This document shows, piece after piece, positions 47,723-62,803 of a stretch of 64,000 nt of DNA (within the stretch, counting starts at the first letter, position 1; every line of letters starts with the position of its first letter). The position numbers and the translations under genes are program-made. The DNA lies in contig NC_092374.1 in NCBI RefSeq assembly GCF_030028105.1, positions 37,705,016 through 37,769,015 of the forward strand, read 5' to 3'. The stretch is from Mobula birostris (Eukaryota). Under the pieces are notes generated by a model, which made no database searches, had not been told where the DNA came from, and was given only the letters and a program-made list of their open reading frames with translations.

Positions 47723-50700
47723 GTACTGTATGAACTCAGAGTGGTTCTTCTCTGCAGTTCAGTTCTCTTAACTGCTTCACCTGGGTTTCCTCCCACTCCT
47801 AATAGTGGTTGATGGTGATGTTTGTTGATAATAACTTATTCCCTTGGCTAATTTTGTGTGTCCACTGCAATATAGATTTTTTTTGTAAAAATACTTAACT
47901 GTTTTAAAAACTTTAAACTGCAACTACTGTAGTAAAGATAATCCCAGTAAAGAAATCATAATAGCATGTCAAATTTTGTACAGTTGAAAATCAAAACTTT
48001 TGGAAAGCGATTATTTCTAAAGCTAAAGAACAAAATGAAATGTGTCATAAAATTGTGTGCTGTTAAGATGTATCTCCTATGGAATAGGTTAATCCAAGCA
48101 TCACTGCTACAATAATGCATAACAGCATGCCATTACCTGAAACCTGCCATTACTAATATACATGTTCTGATGTTTTGTACTCATTTATGCATGATTGCTG
48201 ATCTATAATGTTGAAAGTTTAACAATTGCATCTAGGTTCACTTAGCATGTTTACGTTTTTTGTGCAGTTGGCAATTTGCTTCAGCTTCATGTGGGAGAGG
48301 GAATTTCAGCTGATCTTAATGTCCTTATGATGCCTTTTGTCATCTGGTATTCATTAGTTTAAAATTACTTGCTCTCTAACTCTGAGGCAGGCCATACTTT
48401 TTCAAGATTTGTTAGTAGACACCTCATATTATAATGTAGAAATTAATTTGTATTTCCAGCTCAATTCCTCCATCATTCCCCTTCCGTACCCCAATTCCCT
48501 TTTATATTCATGCGACAACTACTTTAAGTCCCATCAAGGAAGTTCATGATTTTTAAATTTAAGTAATTGAATAAATTTAGAATCTATATTTAAAAGTACA
48601 GAAATTAGATTTTCGTAATTTGCCCTTCAGGTAAAGAAATAGTCATACAGCATGGAAACAGGCCCTCTTTGTCCAACCCTACCTTGACTGCCCAGTATAT
48701 GATTAGAGATACACTAATATGGTTGACTTAACTGCCTCTGTACTTGAGGGATGGACCGTAAATGCTGGTATTGTCAGTGCTGTTTACCTCCCATCAACAA
48801 ATAATTTTGTTTTAAAAACCTGTCTATTTTGGACAGCATTGTTGAATAGTGTAAGAGTTCAATTTTGTGTTTTTTTTTATTTGAGGATGTTAATGAATTA
48901 GTTTACCCTACCATGTACAATGTGACACAGTGCCAATGATCTGCAACTTCATCCTACGGTATTCAATGTAATTTTAAGAAAAATCCTTGTAGGCCTCAAT
49001 TTGGTGTACATCCTCTAAGAACTGTACACTGAGGATTTAATTGCTGGCACTTTGCCTAAAGTAGTGAAATAGATTATTGGGTAAGATGTGGGATGAGTGA
49101 GTAGAGGTAAATGCAGTTGGCCATGTAAATTATGCATCAGTTTTTGGAATGGTTGCTTAAATGAATCATTATATCCATAATGATTTAAGGAACTCTGCAA
49201 TTTAAATCTATTTTTGTAGGTGTTTTCATTAGTCATCACTTTTAACCATGTATAATTAGCTTTATCTATTGATTCTTAAGCATTCACTCAAAGCCAATGA
49301 AGACTCGAACGCTTTCACAGAAGAGCATTGGCATTCCAGGTTCAATGGAATTTGAACTTGCATTGCCTTTAACTGCTTATTAATTTTACTGTATTTTATG
49401 AAGAGAAAATTCCAGAGGCTGCAAACTCTGCATTCAGTTATCCACCCTGTAAATTTAATGTTCTTCAAAGGTCTGCTATCTGCACTATGTTCGCTCCCTC
49501 CTTGAGTAGTGCATCAATCTTGCTTTCAAATCAACTTGTGCCTTCCCCACCCACCCCACTAAAATTTAGTTGATAATGTGTTCTAGTATGTTGTACACCA
49601 TTGTGAGCATGTTAAAATTCCTGTAAAGTCGGTGTTGCAGACTTCAGTCCCAAGTCAAATTTGTGTTGACAGTGAAGGAGGGTTGTTTCCTCTGCCTCAT
49701 GCAAATGTTTGCTCTTATGAAGAGGAACCATTTATAGCTAAGCAAGTTATCACCAGTAGGATTGCCTTATAGTTGATACATTGACACCACGTATTACTTC
49801 AAATGTCTCAAGAATACGTTGAGAAGTATCAAATACTGTGCACTCTTAAAATAAGTTTAATTATATGCTTTCTCTATCACACTCGATGCACTCCTGCCTG
49901 AAAACTTGTTCATGCTGTAAGTAGATAACAAGTCTGCTCATTTTTATATTAATATTGTAGTACATTCTGAGTCTGATCCAGAATGGTAAGCTACAGGATA
50001 GTGAAGATGCTGCCTGACCTGCTGAAATTTCCAGCATTTTGCTTTTATTCGCAGCAATTTGAACTTTCTCATCAGTTATAGTTAATAATTTAAAGATGTT
50101 CAAGTTCAATATGTTTCAAACCAGTGTAAGAATTTCCATTTTTAATCATTCTAACAGTTTAGAAGTTAAATAACTTGTGTAGCTTTAATTTTTTCGGCAT
50201 GCTATATACTACTATGCAACCACGAAACTTTCCACTTCATTTTTATTCAATTATATCTTGACTTAGATATATAATGCTCAGCAGCCTCAGCAATAAGTAG
50301 TCCATTATTTTTACATCGCAAATAATGCAATTGCTAACAAAATAGCTTCCTGACAATTTGCTCAATTCTTCCTGCTTCACTTCGCCTTGGTGTATCTGAG
50401 AATAGGACAGTCATACACAATCTTGGAAATTTTAATCCTCCACTAATGACACCACTTCAGGGAGACAATTCATCAATTCCTTTCTCTCAACACCACCTCT
50501 CACTCTCGTCACTATTTTTAGCAGCAGCATTGCAGCTTCCTAGTAGAAAATGTTTTTTTTGAGAATCAGTTCATACTGATAAATTCTAATTTCTTAAGGT
50601 TTGGTAGCATTCTTTCCTTTTGTTAATCTTTCCATGTAAAATGTCTGTCACTTATTCTAAATAAATTTAATTTTCAGTTAAAGATTTAATGAATTTGCCT

Positions 50701-52969
50701 GAAGCATATCAGTTAACAGGATCTTGAGTTTAATGTCAGTGCACATTTATAATGCAGAGCTTTGTTTCTGTATAAGCAATAGAAGAATGAGATTATTGGT
50801 TGTAGTAATGATGCATTTCAAAAGATCAAGTTAAGAATAAGCACTATTGCGTTAGATGATTAAGTACAGTTAAGACTTAGCAGTTCTCATCTTAAAACTT
50901 CACTGTTAACACTCTACTGGAATGTCTGTTTTTGTAAACCTCCATGTTTCCTCAGGTGGCTTGTTGGTGTCTGTATTTTTTCTAGTTGATTTCAGTTTGT
51001 AATACAATTGCATTATAAATGTTGTTCTTGCTCATTTGACAGCTTGTCTTTGGTAATCTTGGATAAAACTGCCAGAAATGGAATGTGTTGCATATATCAA
51101 AATGGTACACATAGAAGTTCTTCTCCAAAAGTACAACTTGTTTTGCATGTTGGCCTGAAACAGATTTTAGTAGAAGCAATTTGAAGTTTTATGTAATATG
51201 CAAGTGCAGCACCAAATGTCATGTTCGTATTGTTGGAACCTATTATTATACTTTTCAACTTCAAATTCTATTCTATATTTTAGAAATCATATTTATAAAG
51301 TATCAGCAAATCTGCTACAGATATAACATGCATTTTCTAGAATTGATTTCAGTGCAGGAAAATTGCTTGTATTATAAATCAAGATTTCAATATGTTCTTT
51401 ACATTTGGCAGTTTTAAAAATTTCAATTTGGTGAATTTGGGTTGAATACATCAAGCTAAAAAGTAATAAGTGTTCAGGCTTGTATATGGTGGATTTGAAT
51501 TGATGAATTTGCCCCAAAATGACCACTAATTTGAGTGGATTTTAATACTAAATAGATTAGTGGTATGCACTAGTCCTCTAGCTTCATCTAAATCTTGAGA
51601 CCTAATTTAGGTACGTAATATATTGTGGAACGTATGAGCCATAAATTGCCAGAGTACAAAGAAATAAAGTTATGAAGTTGTGAGCATTTTCACTGGGGTT
51701 ACCACTAATCAGATTTTCTTTAAAAATCCATATAATGCATTTTAGGATATGGTCTTTTGGCAGTTGTTACTCTCAACCATTCCCTTTCTTTCCCATCAGA
51801 CTTTAAGTTCATTATTAACTTCAGTTAATGATCTGGAGCAACAATATTTACTCTTGATAATGATTATGGAAAAGCTACTGGATTGTTGTAAAAACATGTC
51901 TGCTTTACTGATGTTTTCTGTAAGGGTGGAAATCCTGCCATCCTTTCCCATAAGCTCATATTATTCCTAACTCACCCTGTCTGGTTGATACTTAAAAATG
52001 ACTTCTGAAATTGCTTGAGTGATGGGGCAAATAGTAATGGCAATGTTGGTATGACATGCAAACCATGAATGGGAAACCGTGAATTTTCCTATTTGTCAAT
52101 ATAAATTATGGCTCTTGACAAGAAAATCATAGTTCTGGTCTTGGTGATATTTTAAATACTTAATCACCTCATCATTTTTAAAAGTTTAATCATTAGATAG
52201 TTGCTCAAGTTTTGATGGTTAGCCCCAATAAGTTCTGGCTAACATTCTTTAAATTAGTTCATTTTTATTTCTGAAAATTTAAGTTTCTTTAAGCATTAAG
52301 ACAAAATGCTTAGTTCCATTTATCATTGATTGATGACGAAGTTGAGTAAGATTGCAATATTTTTCAGAAAACACTTTAAACTCTGGGAAAGGGTGAGATC
52401 CAAAACAAATGAGCCCCAGAAAACATTACACGTGACCCTCACATAGGGTGAAAGAGGTTTTACGTTCCTAGAAAACAGTCCATGTCATAAATTTCTGTAA
52501 TATGAAACCACGTGTGCACATGTGAGGAAATGCAAGTTGTTTTTTTTAAAAGCTATCTATTTACTTACCACACAAGTTCCATGAGAACAAATTTTATTCT
52601 GTATCTCAATCTTTTGAGTAGTGATTTGTTTAAGTTCCATTATGCACACACCGACAGTTGTCTTGATGCCCCAGCAGTAGCAAGCTTGTCTACATTATTA
52701 TTTTGCAGATAGTTAGTATTTACCATTTGGTGAGTTAGAGTACCTAATGACTATTACAGATAATCTCTGATGCTCAGAAAGCTCAAGATGCTAATACCAG
52801 TGGAATATTTGTTATACAAAAGCTACATCCTTGACTAAAGAATGGTGACAGTCTGGAAATTGGCCAATTTATATAAATTTTTACAGTACCATGTTTTTGC
52901 CAAGTGAAATGATGCAGGTTTTTGCAGTTTTAATAATGAACTGTAGTAGATGCTTATACTAAGCTAAAT

Positions 52970-54080
52970 GTACCGGAGCCTTAGCACTCAGATCGGCAGC
53001 TGCATCTTCAACTTCCTCACAGACAGGACCCAGGCTGTGAAAATAGGGGACAAGCTCCCCTCTACAATCACTCTGAGCACCGGTGCCCCACAAGGCTGTG
53101 TACTCAGCACCCTGCTGTACTCACTGTACACCCATGATTGTGTAGCCAAGTTTCCATCAAACTCAATATATGAGTTTGCTGATGACACAACAATTGTAAG
53201 CCGTATCTCGGGTAATGATGAGTTTGAGTACAGAGAGGAAATTAAGAACCTGGTGGCATGGTGCGAAGACAATAACCTATCCCTCAATGTCAGCAAGACG
53301 AAGGAATTGGTTGTTGACTTCAGAAGGAGTAGCAGACCGCACGACCCAATTTACGTTGGTGGTGCACAAGTGGAACAGGTCAAAAGCTTTAAGTTCCTTG
53401 GGGTCACAAGTGACCTGACTTGTTCCAACCATGCAGAGTTCACTGCCAAGGAGGCCCACCAGTGCCTTTACTTCCTGAGAAAACTAAAGAAATTTGGCCT
53501 ATCCACTAAAACCCTCACTAATTTTTATAGATGCACCGTAGAAAGCATTCTTCTAGTGTGCATCACAACCTGGTATGGAAGTTGTCCTGTCCAAGACTGA
53601 AGCTGCAAAAGGTTGTGAACACGGTGCAGCAAATCACACAAACCAATCTTCCGTCCGTGGACTCATTTTACACCGCACGCTGTCGGAGCAGTGCTGCCAG
53701 GGTAATCAAGGACACGACCCACCCAGCCAACACACTTTTCGTCCCTCTTCCCTCGGGGAGAAGACTCAGGAGCTTGAAGACTCGTATGGCCAGATTTGGG
53801 AACAGCTTCTTTCCAACTGTGATAAGACTGCTGAACAGATCCTGACCTGGATCTGGGCCGTACCCTCCAAATATCTGGACCTGCCTCTCGGATTTTTTGC
53901 ACTGCCTTACTTCCCATTTTTCTTCTTTCTATTTATGATTTATAATTTAAAATTTTAATATTTACTAATTTTAATATTTAATATTTGTAATCCAGGGAGT
54001 GGGAAGCACAGTATCAAATATCGCTGTGATGATTGTACGTTCTAGTACCAATTGTCTGGCGACAATAAAGTATAAAGTAT
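52970..54080 (+). mobile_element. 5'-truncated Rex1/Babar LINE
   Basis: ORF 52968..53600 TGAPQGCVLSTLLYSLYTHDC, FADD, LNVSKTKELVVDFRR; tail AATAAAGTATAAAGTAT. Confidence 0.92.
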
Positions 54081-54169
54081 TCAAATTTTTTTTTGTTATT
54101 GATGAATTAACAAGGTAAGGATTTTCTCCCAGTTTATTTTTGTTTTCCTCCTTTATATTTGCACAGTTA

Positions 54170-57100
54170 GAACAGTAGGGATGCAAGGCAGGATAATTGA
54201 ATGTGCCTCTTGCAGGACATAGGAAGGCAGAGAGACCTCCAGTGTTCCTGAGGACTACACCTGCAAGAAGTGCATCCAGCTGCAGCATCTAACACTCCAC
54301 GTTCAGGAGTTGAAGCTAGAATTGGATGAACTCTGGATCATTCAGAAGGCTGAGGGTTAACAGATAGCATGTAAATAGCAAGGTAGTTGCACCCAAGGTG
54401 TAGGACACAGGAGACTGGGTGACAGGGAAGGGGGTTAAACAACTACTGCAGAGTGCCCCTGTGGCCATCCCCCTCAGCAACCACCTTGGGTACTGTTTCA
54501 GGGGGATGACCTGGTAGAGGAAAGACACAATGGTCAGATCTCTGGCACTGAGTCTGGCTCTGTTACGTCAGGAGGGAAGTTGGGGGGAGAAAAAGCGAGC
54601 TGTGATGTTAGGGGGCCTGTTAGATAGGGGGAGTAGAAAGGAAGTTCTGTGGACAAGAAGTACATTCCCAGATTCTGCTGGGTTAATGGTCCAGACAATC
54701 TCTGATCAGGTCCTCAGCATTCTTAAGTGGGAGGGTGAGCAGTGTGCAGTCAGAGGTCATGGTCCATGTGGGTACCAATGACATGGATAGGAAGAGTGAC
54801 GATGTTTGGCAGAGTGAGTTCAGGGAGTTAGGTGCTAAGTTAAGGGATAGGATCTCCAGGGTTGTAATCCCAGGATTGCTACCTGTGCCACGTGCTGTTG
54901 ATAGGAAGCAAGTGGCACAGGGAATTAGTAGCCAGAAATAGGAAGATCATACAGTTTAACACATGGTTGAGGAGTTGTTGGCAAGGGAAAGTGTCAGATT
55001 TTTGGGTTATTGGGTTCTGTACAGAAGAGATGGTTTGCACTTGAAATGGAGAGGGACTGATATCCTAGTGGGAAGATTACTGGCACTGGATTGGGGGCGG
55101 GGGGGCGAGGGATAGTGGTGAAAACCAGGGTTGCAAGGTGATGGGAACCAGAGTGCCAGAACAAATAGCGGAGATATTGTGGAGACATGTTGTTAAGATC
55201 TCAGATAAATTCAGGAATCAAAAGGTTGAGTGTGGTGCAACAATGTCCTGAGCTGCGTATGTTTCAATGCAAGAAGTATCATAGGAAAACCAGATGAACT
55301 GATGGGCTCAGGGCATGGTTCAACACCTGAAATTGTGATATTGTAGCCATGAGTGAGATTTGATTGCAGGAGGGGCACGTCTAGAAGCTCCATATTCCAA
55401 GGTTCAGTTGTTTTAGAAGCAACAGAGCAAGAGGGGTTAAAGGGGAAGGGTGGGGTTCTGAACCAGGGAGAATTACAGGCAATGCTCAGTCAGGCCAGAC
55501 TGTAGAACTTGACTAGTGAGGCTTTATGGGTGGAACTGAGGAATAGGAAAGGTATGACCATGTTAATAGGACTATATTATGGACCACACAACAGCCCGCA
55601 GGATTGGAATTGAAATGACTTTATTTCTTACATCCTTTACATCCTTCACATCCATGAGGAGTAAAAATCTTTGTTACGTCTCCATCTAAATGTGCAATGT
55701 ACAATCATAGTCATTTATAATAATTTATAATAGAACAGTCAATGTAACATAGAAATACACTCAAATCAGTGTGAGTTAATCAGTCTGATGACCTGGTGGA
55801 AGAAGTTTTCCCAGAGCCTGTAGGTCCTGGCTTTTATGCTGCAGTACCGTTTCCCGGATGGTAGCAGCTGGAATAGATTGTGGCTGGGGTGACTTGGGTC
55901 CCCAGTGATCCTGTTTTCACACATCTTTGTAAATGTTCTGAATCATTTGTAAAGAGATGGCACCTGTTGCGAGAAACATAAGGTTGTTATAGTAGGTGAT
56001 TTTAATTTTCCACATATTGACTGGGACTCCCATACTGTAAAAGAACCGGATGGAACAGTTTCTCAAATGTGTTCTGGAAAGTTTTCTTAGCGAGTGCACA
56101 GAAGTCCCAACGAGAGAGTGCAACACTTGACAAGTTAACAAATTGCATGTCACATGCCGGTGATAATAAACCTGATTCTGATCGATCTATTATTAAGGAA
56201 TGAGGCAGGGCAGGTGACAGAAGTTTGTGTAGGTGAACACTTTGCCATTAGTTTTAAAGTAAATATGGAAAAAGATAGGTATGGTCTATGGGTTGAGATT
56301 CTAAGTTAGAGAAGGGCCAATCTTGATGGTATCAGAAAGCATCTGGCGAAGATGTACTTGGAAGTGGAAAGCCTTCAAATGTGAAATTTTGAGCAGAAAG
56401 CTGGTATGTGTCTGTCTGAATAAAAGGCAAAGATAACGGGTGTAGGAAACCTTGGTTTTCAAGAGATAATTGGGCCCTGGTTAAGAAGAGAAGGAGGGCA
56501 TAGCAGGTATAGGCGGGGAAAACAAATTAGGTAGTTGAGGAGTATAAGAAATGCAAGAGAATACTCCTGAGAGAAATCAGGAGGGCTAAAAGAAGGCACG
56601 TTATGAGAATAGGTTGAGTGTACTTGGCCTTTATTCCTTGTAGCGACAGAGGACAAGAGGTGCACAAGATGAGGGGCAATGATTGTGTGGATAGCCAGAG
56701 GCTTTTTCCCAGGGCTGAAATGGCTAACACAAGGGGGCATAGTTTTAAGGTGCTGAGAAATATGTACCAAGGGGATGTCAGGGGTAAGTTTTAAACAGGG
56801 AGTTGTGGGTACGTGGAATGCACTGGCAGCGGTGGTGGAAGTGGATGCAATAGGGTCTTTTAAGGGCCTCTTAGAGAGGTACATGGAGCTTAGAAAAATA
56901 GAAGGCTATGCTCTAAGGAAATTCTAGACAGTCTCTAGAGTAGGTCACATGGTCGGATATGCTCTTAAGACATGACGTTGCCGTAGCAGGCAAGGCAAAG
57001 GAGAATTCGAAGAGATTCTACAGATACATTAAGAGCAAAATTATAGCAAGGGTCAAAATGGGTCCTCTGGAAGATCAGAATGGTATTCCATGTGTGGAGC

Positions 57101-58700
57101 CCAAAGAGATGTGGGAGTTTGTAAATGGATTTTTTGCACTTGATGGTCACAGAGGCTGTAAAGGTGAGGCAAAACAGCATCAAGACGTGGACACTATACA
57201 AATTAGAAGAGGATGTGCTTGCTGTCTTGAGGCAAATTAGGGTGGCTAAATTCCCAGTGCCTGACAAGGTGTTCCCTTGGAACCTGTAGGAGGCAAGTGT
57301 AGGGGCTCTGCAGAGATATTTAAAACATCCTTAGTGACCGGAGGATAGCTAATGTTCCGCTGTTTTAAAAAAGGCTGTAAAAATAAACCAGGAAATTACA
57401 GCTGATGAGCCTGGCATCGGTAGTGGGAAATTTATTTGAAGGTATTCTAAAGGACCAGATATGAGTTTTTCGATGGAAATGGATAGAAAATAGTCAGCAT
57501 GGTTTTGTGCATAATAGGTCATGTGTAACCAATCTTGTAGAGTTTTTTGAGGAAGTTGCCAGGAAAGTGGATGAAGGTAAGGCAATGGATGTTCTTTACA
57601 TGGACTTGAGCAAGGCATTTGACAAGATCCCACATGGGAGGTTGGTCAAAAAGGTTCAGGAGCTTGGCATTCAAGATGAGGTAGTAAATTGCATAGACAT
57701 TTGCTTTTTGGGAGAGGCCAGAAAGTAGTGGTAGTTGGTTGCCTCTCTGACTGGAGGTATGACCTGTGGAGTGCTCTGCAGGGATCGGTGCTAGGTCCAT
57801 TGTTTGTCATCTCAATCAATGATCTGGACGATAATGTGGTTAAATGGATCAGCAAATTTGCGGATGACACTACAATTGGGAGTTTAGTGGACAGAGAGGA
57901 AGGCTCTCATGGCTTGCAGCAGGATCTGGGCCAGCTGGAAAAATGGTTGATTATATTTAATACAGACAACCGGGAGGTGTCGCACTTCGGTAGGGCCAAC
58001 CAAGGTAGATCTTGCACACTGGTAGAACCAAAGGGATCTGGGAATACAGGTCTATAATTCATTGAAAGGGGCGGCACAGGTTGATAGGGTCGTAAAGAAA
58101 GCATTTGGCACATTGGCCTTTTTAAATCAAAGTATTGAGTACAGGAGATGGGATGTTATGAAGTTGTATAAGACCTTGATGGGGCCTAATTTGGAGTATT
58201 GTGCACAGTTTTGGTCACTTGCGTACAGGAAAGATGTAAATAAAGTTGAAAGAGTACAGAGAAAATTTACATGGATGTTGTTGAATCAGGAGGACCTAAG
58301 TTATAAGGAAAGATTGGGTAAGTTCAGACTTTACTCCATAGAATGTAGAAGTTTGAAGGAAAATGTGATAGAGATATACAAAATTGGGAGTATAGATGGG
58401 GTAAATGCAAGTAGGCTTTTTCCACTGATGTCATAGATTAAGGGTGAAAGGTGAAAAGTTTAAGGGAACATGAGGGAAATCTTTACTTGGAGGGTCATGA
58501 GATTTTGGAACGAGCTGCTAGCACAATTGGTGCATGCAAGCTGGATTTCAACGTTTAAGTTTGGATAGGAACTTGGGTGGTGGTATGGAAGGCTATGATC
58601 TGGGAGCAGGTTCATGGGAGTAGGAAGTTTTAAGTTTGGCACAGACTAGATGGCTGAAGGGCCTGTTTCTGTATACTTTTCTATGATTCTATGACTCTAG
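54170..58700 (+). mobile_element. Near full-length degenerate CR1 LINE (ORF1 with zinc finger and esterase, ORF2) with nested fragments
   Basis: DYTCKKCIQLQ at ~54253, VHVGTNDM...VVIPGLLPVPRA (SGNH-like esterase), FNARSI, YMDLSKAFDKIPHG, KFADD, LEYCAQFWS; tail TTCTATGATTCTATGACTCTA; nested pieces at ~55605-55915, ~56135-56185, ~56600-56960. Confidence 0.88.
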
Positions 58701-59214
58701 AAGATGGTAGCAATCCATTGAAAAGTCTCGCTAATCCCTCAAGCAGGGTACATGCTACTGGATTAAAGGTCATTTAATTTAATCTTGACTCTAAAGGCAG
58801 TGAGCAGTTTCTCCCACTAGAGTGAGAGTGAACTTTCTAGTACAACTACATTTCACATTTTCATAATTGTTTTCATGTAGGAAGAGTTATGTAGTCCTAA
58901 AGCAATGCAAATACAGAGATCTTAATTTTTCACAGAATAGCAGGTAATAAGTAGATATATGACAGGGTGGTCAGGTAGCAAATTCATAACAAAATTATCT
59001 TGAGTCCTTTCTGGAGACTTGGAAGAGAAAGTTCCAAGACAGTGCAATGTTATTCAAAGTAAAGCTGTGTGTGGATATTGAGAACTGAAGGTTGCGTGCA
59101 AAAGCATAAATTCAAGTCATTAGAGGTAAATAGGGGTGAGGATTTGAACTGTAGTTGATTGCTAGAGAAAACTAGAGCGTGAGGTTAGTAGATATAGTTT
59201 AGGCTGGAGAAATC

Positions 59215-59420
59215 TGAACATAGAATAGTAGCACATACAGGCCTTTTGACCTACAATGTCTTACCCCTGCCATCCAAACTTAAACATTGAAATCGAGCTT
59301 GCATGTACCACTTGTGCTAGCAGCTCATTCCACATGCTCATGACCCTCTGAGTAAAGAGGATTTCCCTCATGTTCCCCTCAAACTTTTTACCTTTCACCC
59401 TTAACCTCTAGTTGTAGTCC
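59215..59420 (-). mobile_element. CR1 3' fragment, inverted relative to the 58435-58570 tail
   Basis: 59270-59410 is reverse-complementary to 58435-58568. Confidence 0.8.
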
Positions 59421-60422
59421 TGGATTGAAATTTATGGTAAAGCAGCTAGGATTGGAAATAGAGAAAAGTATATGAACGTAGGTGGTATAAATTTTAAGTT
59501 TGCAAATGCCACGTAGATTGCCATTGTGGATATTGAGGGTAGTCTTCAGCACCTGACCACTATTGATTAGCTAGTACAGTGGACGGTGGTGGAGTTAATT
59601 CCTGGTGGAGAAGGCTGAGGCTGGTGTGAATGAAAGGGTCTGTTTCTATACTCTGTGATTTAGACTTGTGTTGGGGTGGCAATGCTGATTCTGTGATTGG
59701 GGAGTTTGAAGGGTAAAGAGCAATAAACTTGGTTGCAGTCTTATGATGGGGGGAAGTGGAGGAGGAGAATAATGACCAATTCTATAGGAATAAAATATTT
59801 AGATCAAAGGATTCAAATTGTGAGTGATATGCTATGTTCCAGAACTGTAAAAGGGAAAGTAAACTTTGAAGACTGGGCAACAATTGAGTATGGTGGTGGC
59901 TGAATATTACATTGAGTAAATACTGAGACTTGAAGAATAATTAAGAGTGAATTGGTGATATGAACAATGCTTTACAAGCCATATTAAACAAATGTATGCT
60001 GCTTTATGCTAGAATATTGTGTACAAGATTAATCCGTTTAAGTAGTTACTTCAGAGAAATATTACACTAGTAACTGATTAGATGTGATGTAGAATATTGC
60101 ACTGTCGAAGTCTCAATACTAATATTTGGGGCTTTTCATCCTTGCATAAGGAGTTGGTCTTATTTGTGCAGACATCAGTTAAACTAGTAGGAATTTCATA
60201 AGTATGAAAGAGATCAACAATGAACTAAGTTATTTTTGTTTTTATTATATTTGAAAACAGGCATTTTAATGGGAAAGCAACTCTGACATAATTTGCCCTT
60301 TGAGTAATAAGCATTTGCAGTATGTTATAGACAAAGGAGTAAAAGCAAATGGTATGTACTTGAGACCATCTGTTGACTTTCTGTTTGGAAATGGTAGAGA
60401 GTAATGAGGAAGCTGAAATTGA

Positions 60423-60704
<282 letters not shown>

Positions 60705-60751
60705 TAAAATGCATTTGTTTGAAGAGTGGAATAGATTTTGATCTGGGCTAG

Positions 60752-61000
<249 letters not shown>

Positions 61001-61921
61001 TAAGGATGCCTGTATCATTGAGTTTATTGAATAGATCACCAGCAGATAACTGGTAATTTCCACCATGCAGTTTTACTCATCTAGGATTATTAGCTGTTCA
61101 AAATGCTGAATTTTAAATGTAAACATTTTTACACATTACCTGATCTATGTTTGCTGTATTTAATTATTTTTAAGTCCATGGACTGTTCATTTCCTCCTTT
61201 CATTCCATCTGACCTGTTCACTCACATTCCTCATAGTGGTCTAACAAGTCCCCTTTTTCAGCAATTTGAAATGCAAAATAATTAAGCCTAAAATGACAAA
61301 GATAAATGTAAACGGACCAGATACATCTAAATCCTCTGCTTCACCAAAGTCTAGCCTTTCCTGCTGAACCCTGATTTTGACCTTTCTAATAGTAAGGCAT
61401 TATGTAAATACCTTTCATAGTTTTATAAACACCTGAGTTACTATGGAAAAAGGATGTGTGTTTGATGGCCAAATGTGGTAGAAAGAATTCCTTGACTGTA
61501 TTGTTTTTAGTTGAGGGATGATTGCTGGTTCAGGCCCGAAGGAGTTCACTGCTCCCCACCACTCCCAAGTGACCTTGATACAACAAAGAACTTCCAAAGC
61601 AGTCAGATGTGCCTGCTCTTCTTGTCTGACAGGTAGCATTTCCAGTAATGAACTCTCCCTCAGTATTGTAATAAAATATCAAGCTAAAATTATGTTGTTT
61701 ATTCTTGGAAAGGAGGTCAGGCTTACGCTATTGACCGTAAGGTGTGGATTACACTTTGTCCAGCCTGTTGCTTCCACTGTGGAGGAACTTTCTTCTGTTT
61801 GGGGGAATATGGTGTGGGTAGATACATGCACACCCACACGCACCTCCAATTTTAGATATTTATATAATTGGAGAATCATTTAGCGTGTGATCCTTGTAAA
61901 ATTTAATGTGTATGTATGTAT

Positions 61922-62803
61922 GTCCCCAAGGAAGACCTGCTAGGAGAATACTTCACACAGCAGGCAGGGGATGTGGAAGTGGGTGAGGGAGGACCAGAGG
62001 CCATGGCAGGACAAGCCACTGCTCAGGATGTGCTAATCGCCGGCTATCAGAGGAGGCTGACATAAGGAAGTTCAACCAGAGGCTGGAAATGGCAGAGCTG
62101 AGGGACAGCACAGAGGCGCTGCACAAGAGCAATAGAAGCAGGGGTCTATCTCACCAGACAAGACCCAAGATGCAGACTGTGCAAGGAATCCACTGAAACC
62201 ATCCAGCCCATAGTAGCAGAGTGCAAGATGTAGGCAGGGATAGCATACACCGAACGGCACAACCAAGTTGCAGGAATTGTGTACAGGAACATCTGCTCTG
62301 AGTATGGAGTGGACACTCCCAGGTCCAAATAGGAAACACTGGAGAAGGTAGTGGAAAATGGCAGAGTTAAGGTCCTGTGGGGCTTCCAAGTACAGACTAA
62401 TAAGCAGGTGCTGGCCAACCAACCAGACATAGTAACACTGGACAAGGAACAGAATATAGCAATAGATATGGCAATCCTGAATGTTGGTAACATCAGGAAG
62501 AAAGAACATGAGAAGCTGGTCAAATACCAGGGATTGAAAGACAGATAGAAAGGACATGGAAGGTTAAATCCAGAGTAATCCCAGTGGTGATGGGAGCACT
62601 TGGAGCTGTGACACCTGGACTGGGAGAGTGGCTCCAACAAATCCCGGGAACAACATCTGAGATCCTGATCCAGAAGAGTGGACTACCAGGAACAGCACGG
62701 ATGCTGTGCGGAACCCACAAGCTCCCAGGCCTCTGGTAGAGGACCCGAGATTCAGAAAATACACATACGCATCACCCAACACCCATAAGTGGTGAGAAAA
62801 AAA
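61922..62803 (+). mobile_element. R4/Dong/Rex6-clade LINE 3' fragment (restriction-like endonuclease)
   Basis: PWQDKPL; DPRCRLCKESTETIQPIVAECK (CCHC knuckle, H lost); YTERHNQVAGIVYRNIC; NQPDIV...ID.AI; KEHEKLVKYQGL; VIPVVMGALGAV; short A-tail. Confidence 0.82.

Noticed and set aside
48610-48636. Recursive splice site (ccttcag|gtaaag)
   Set aside because: The intron is only ~13 kb and such motifs occur by chance; needs nascent RNA saw-tooth evidence
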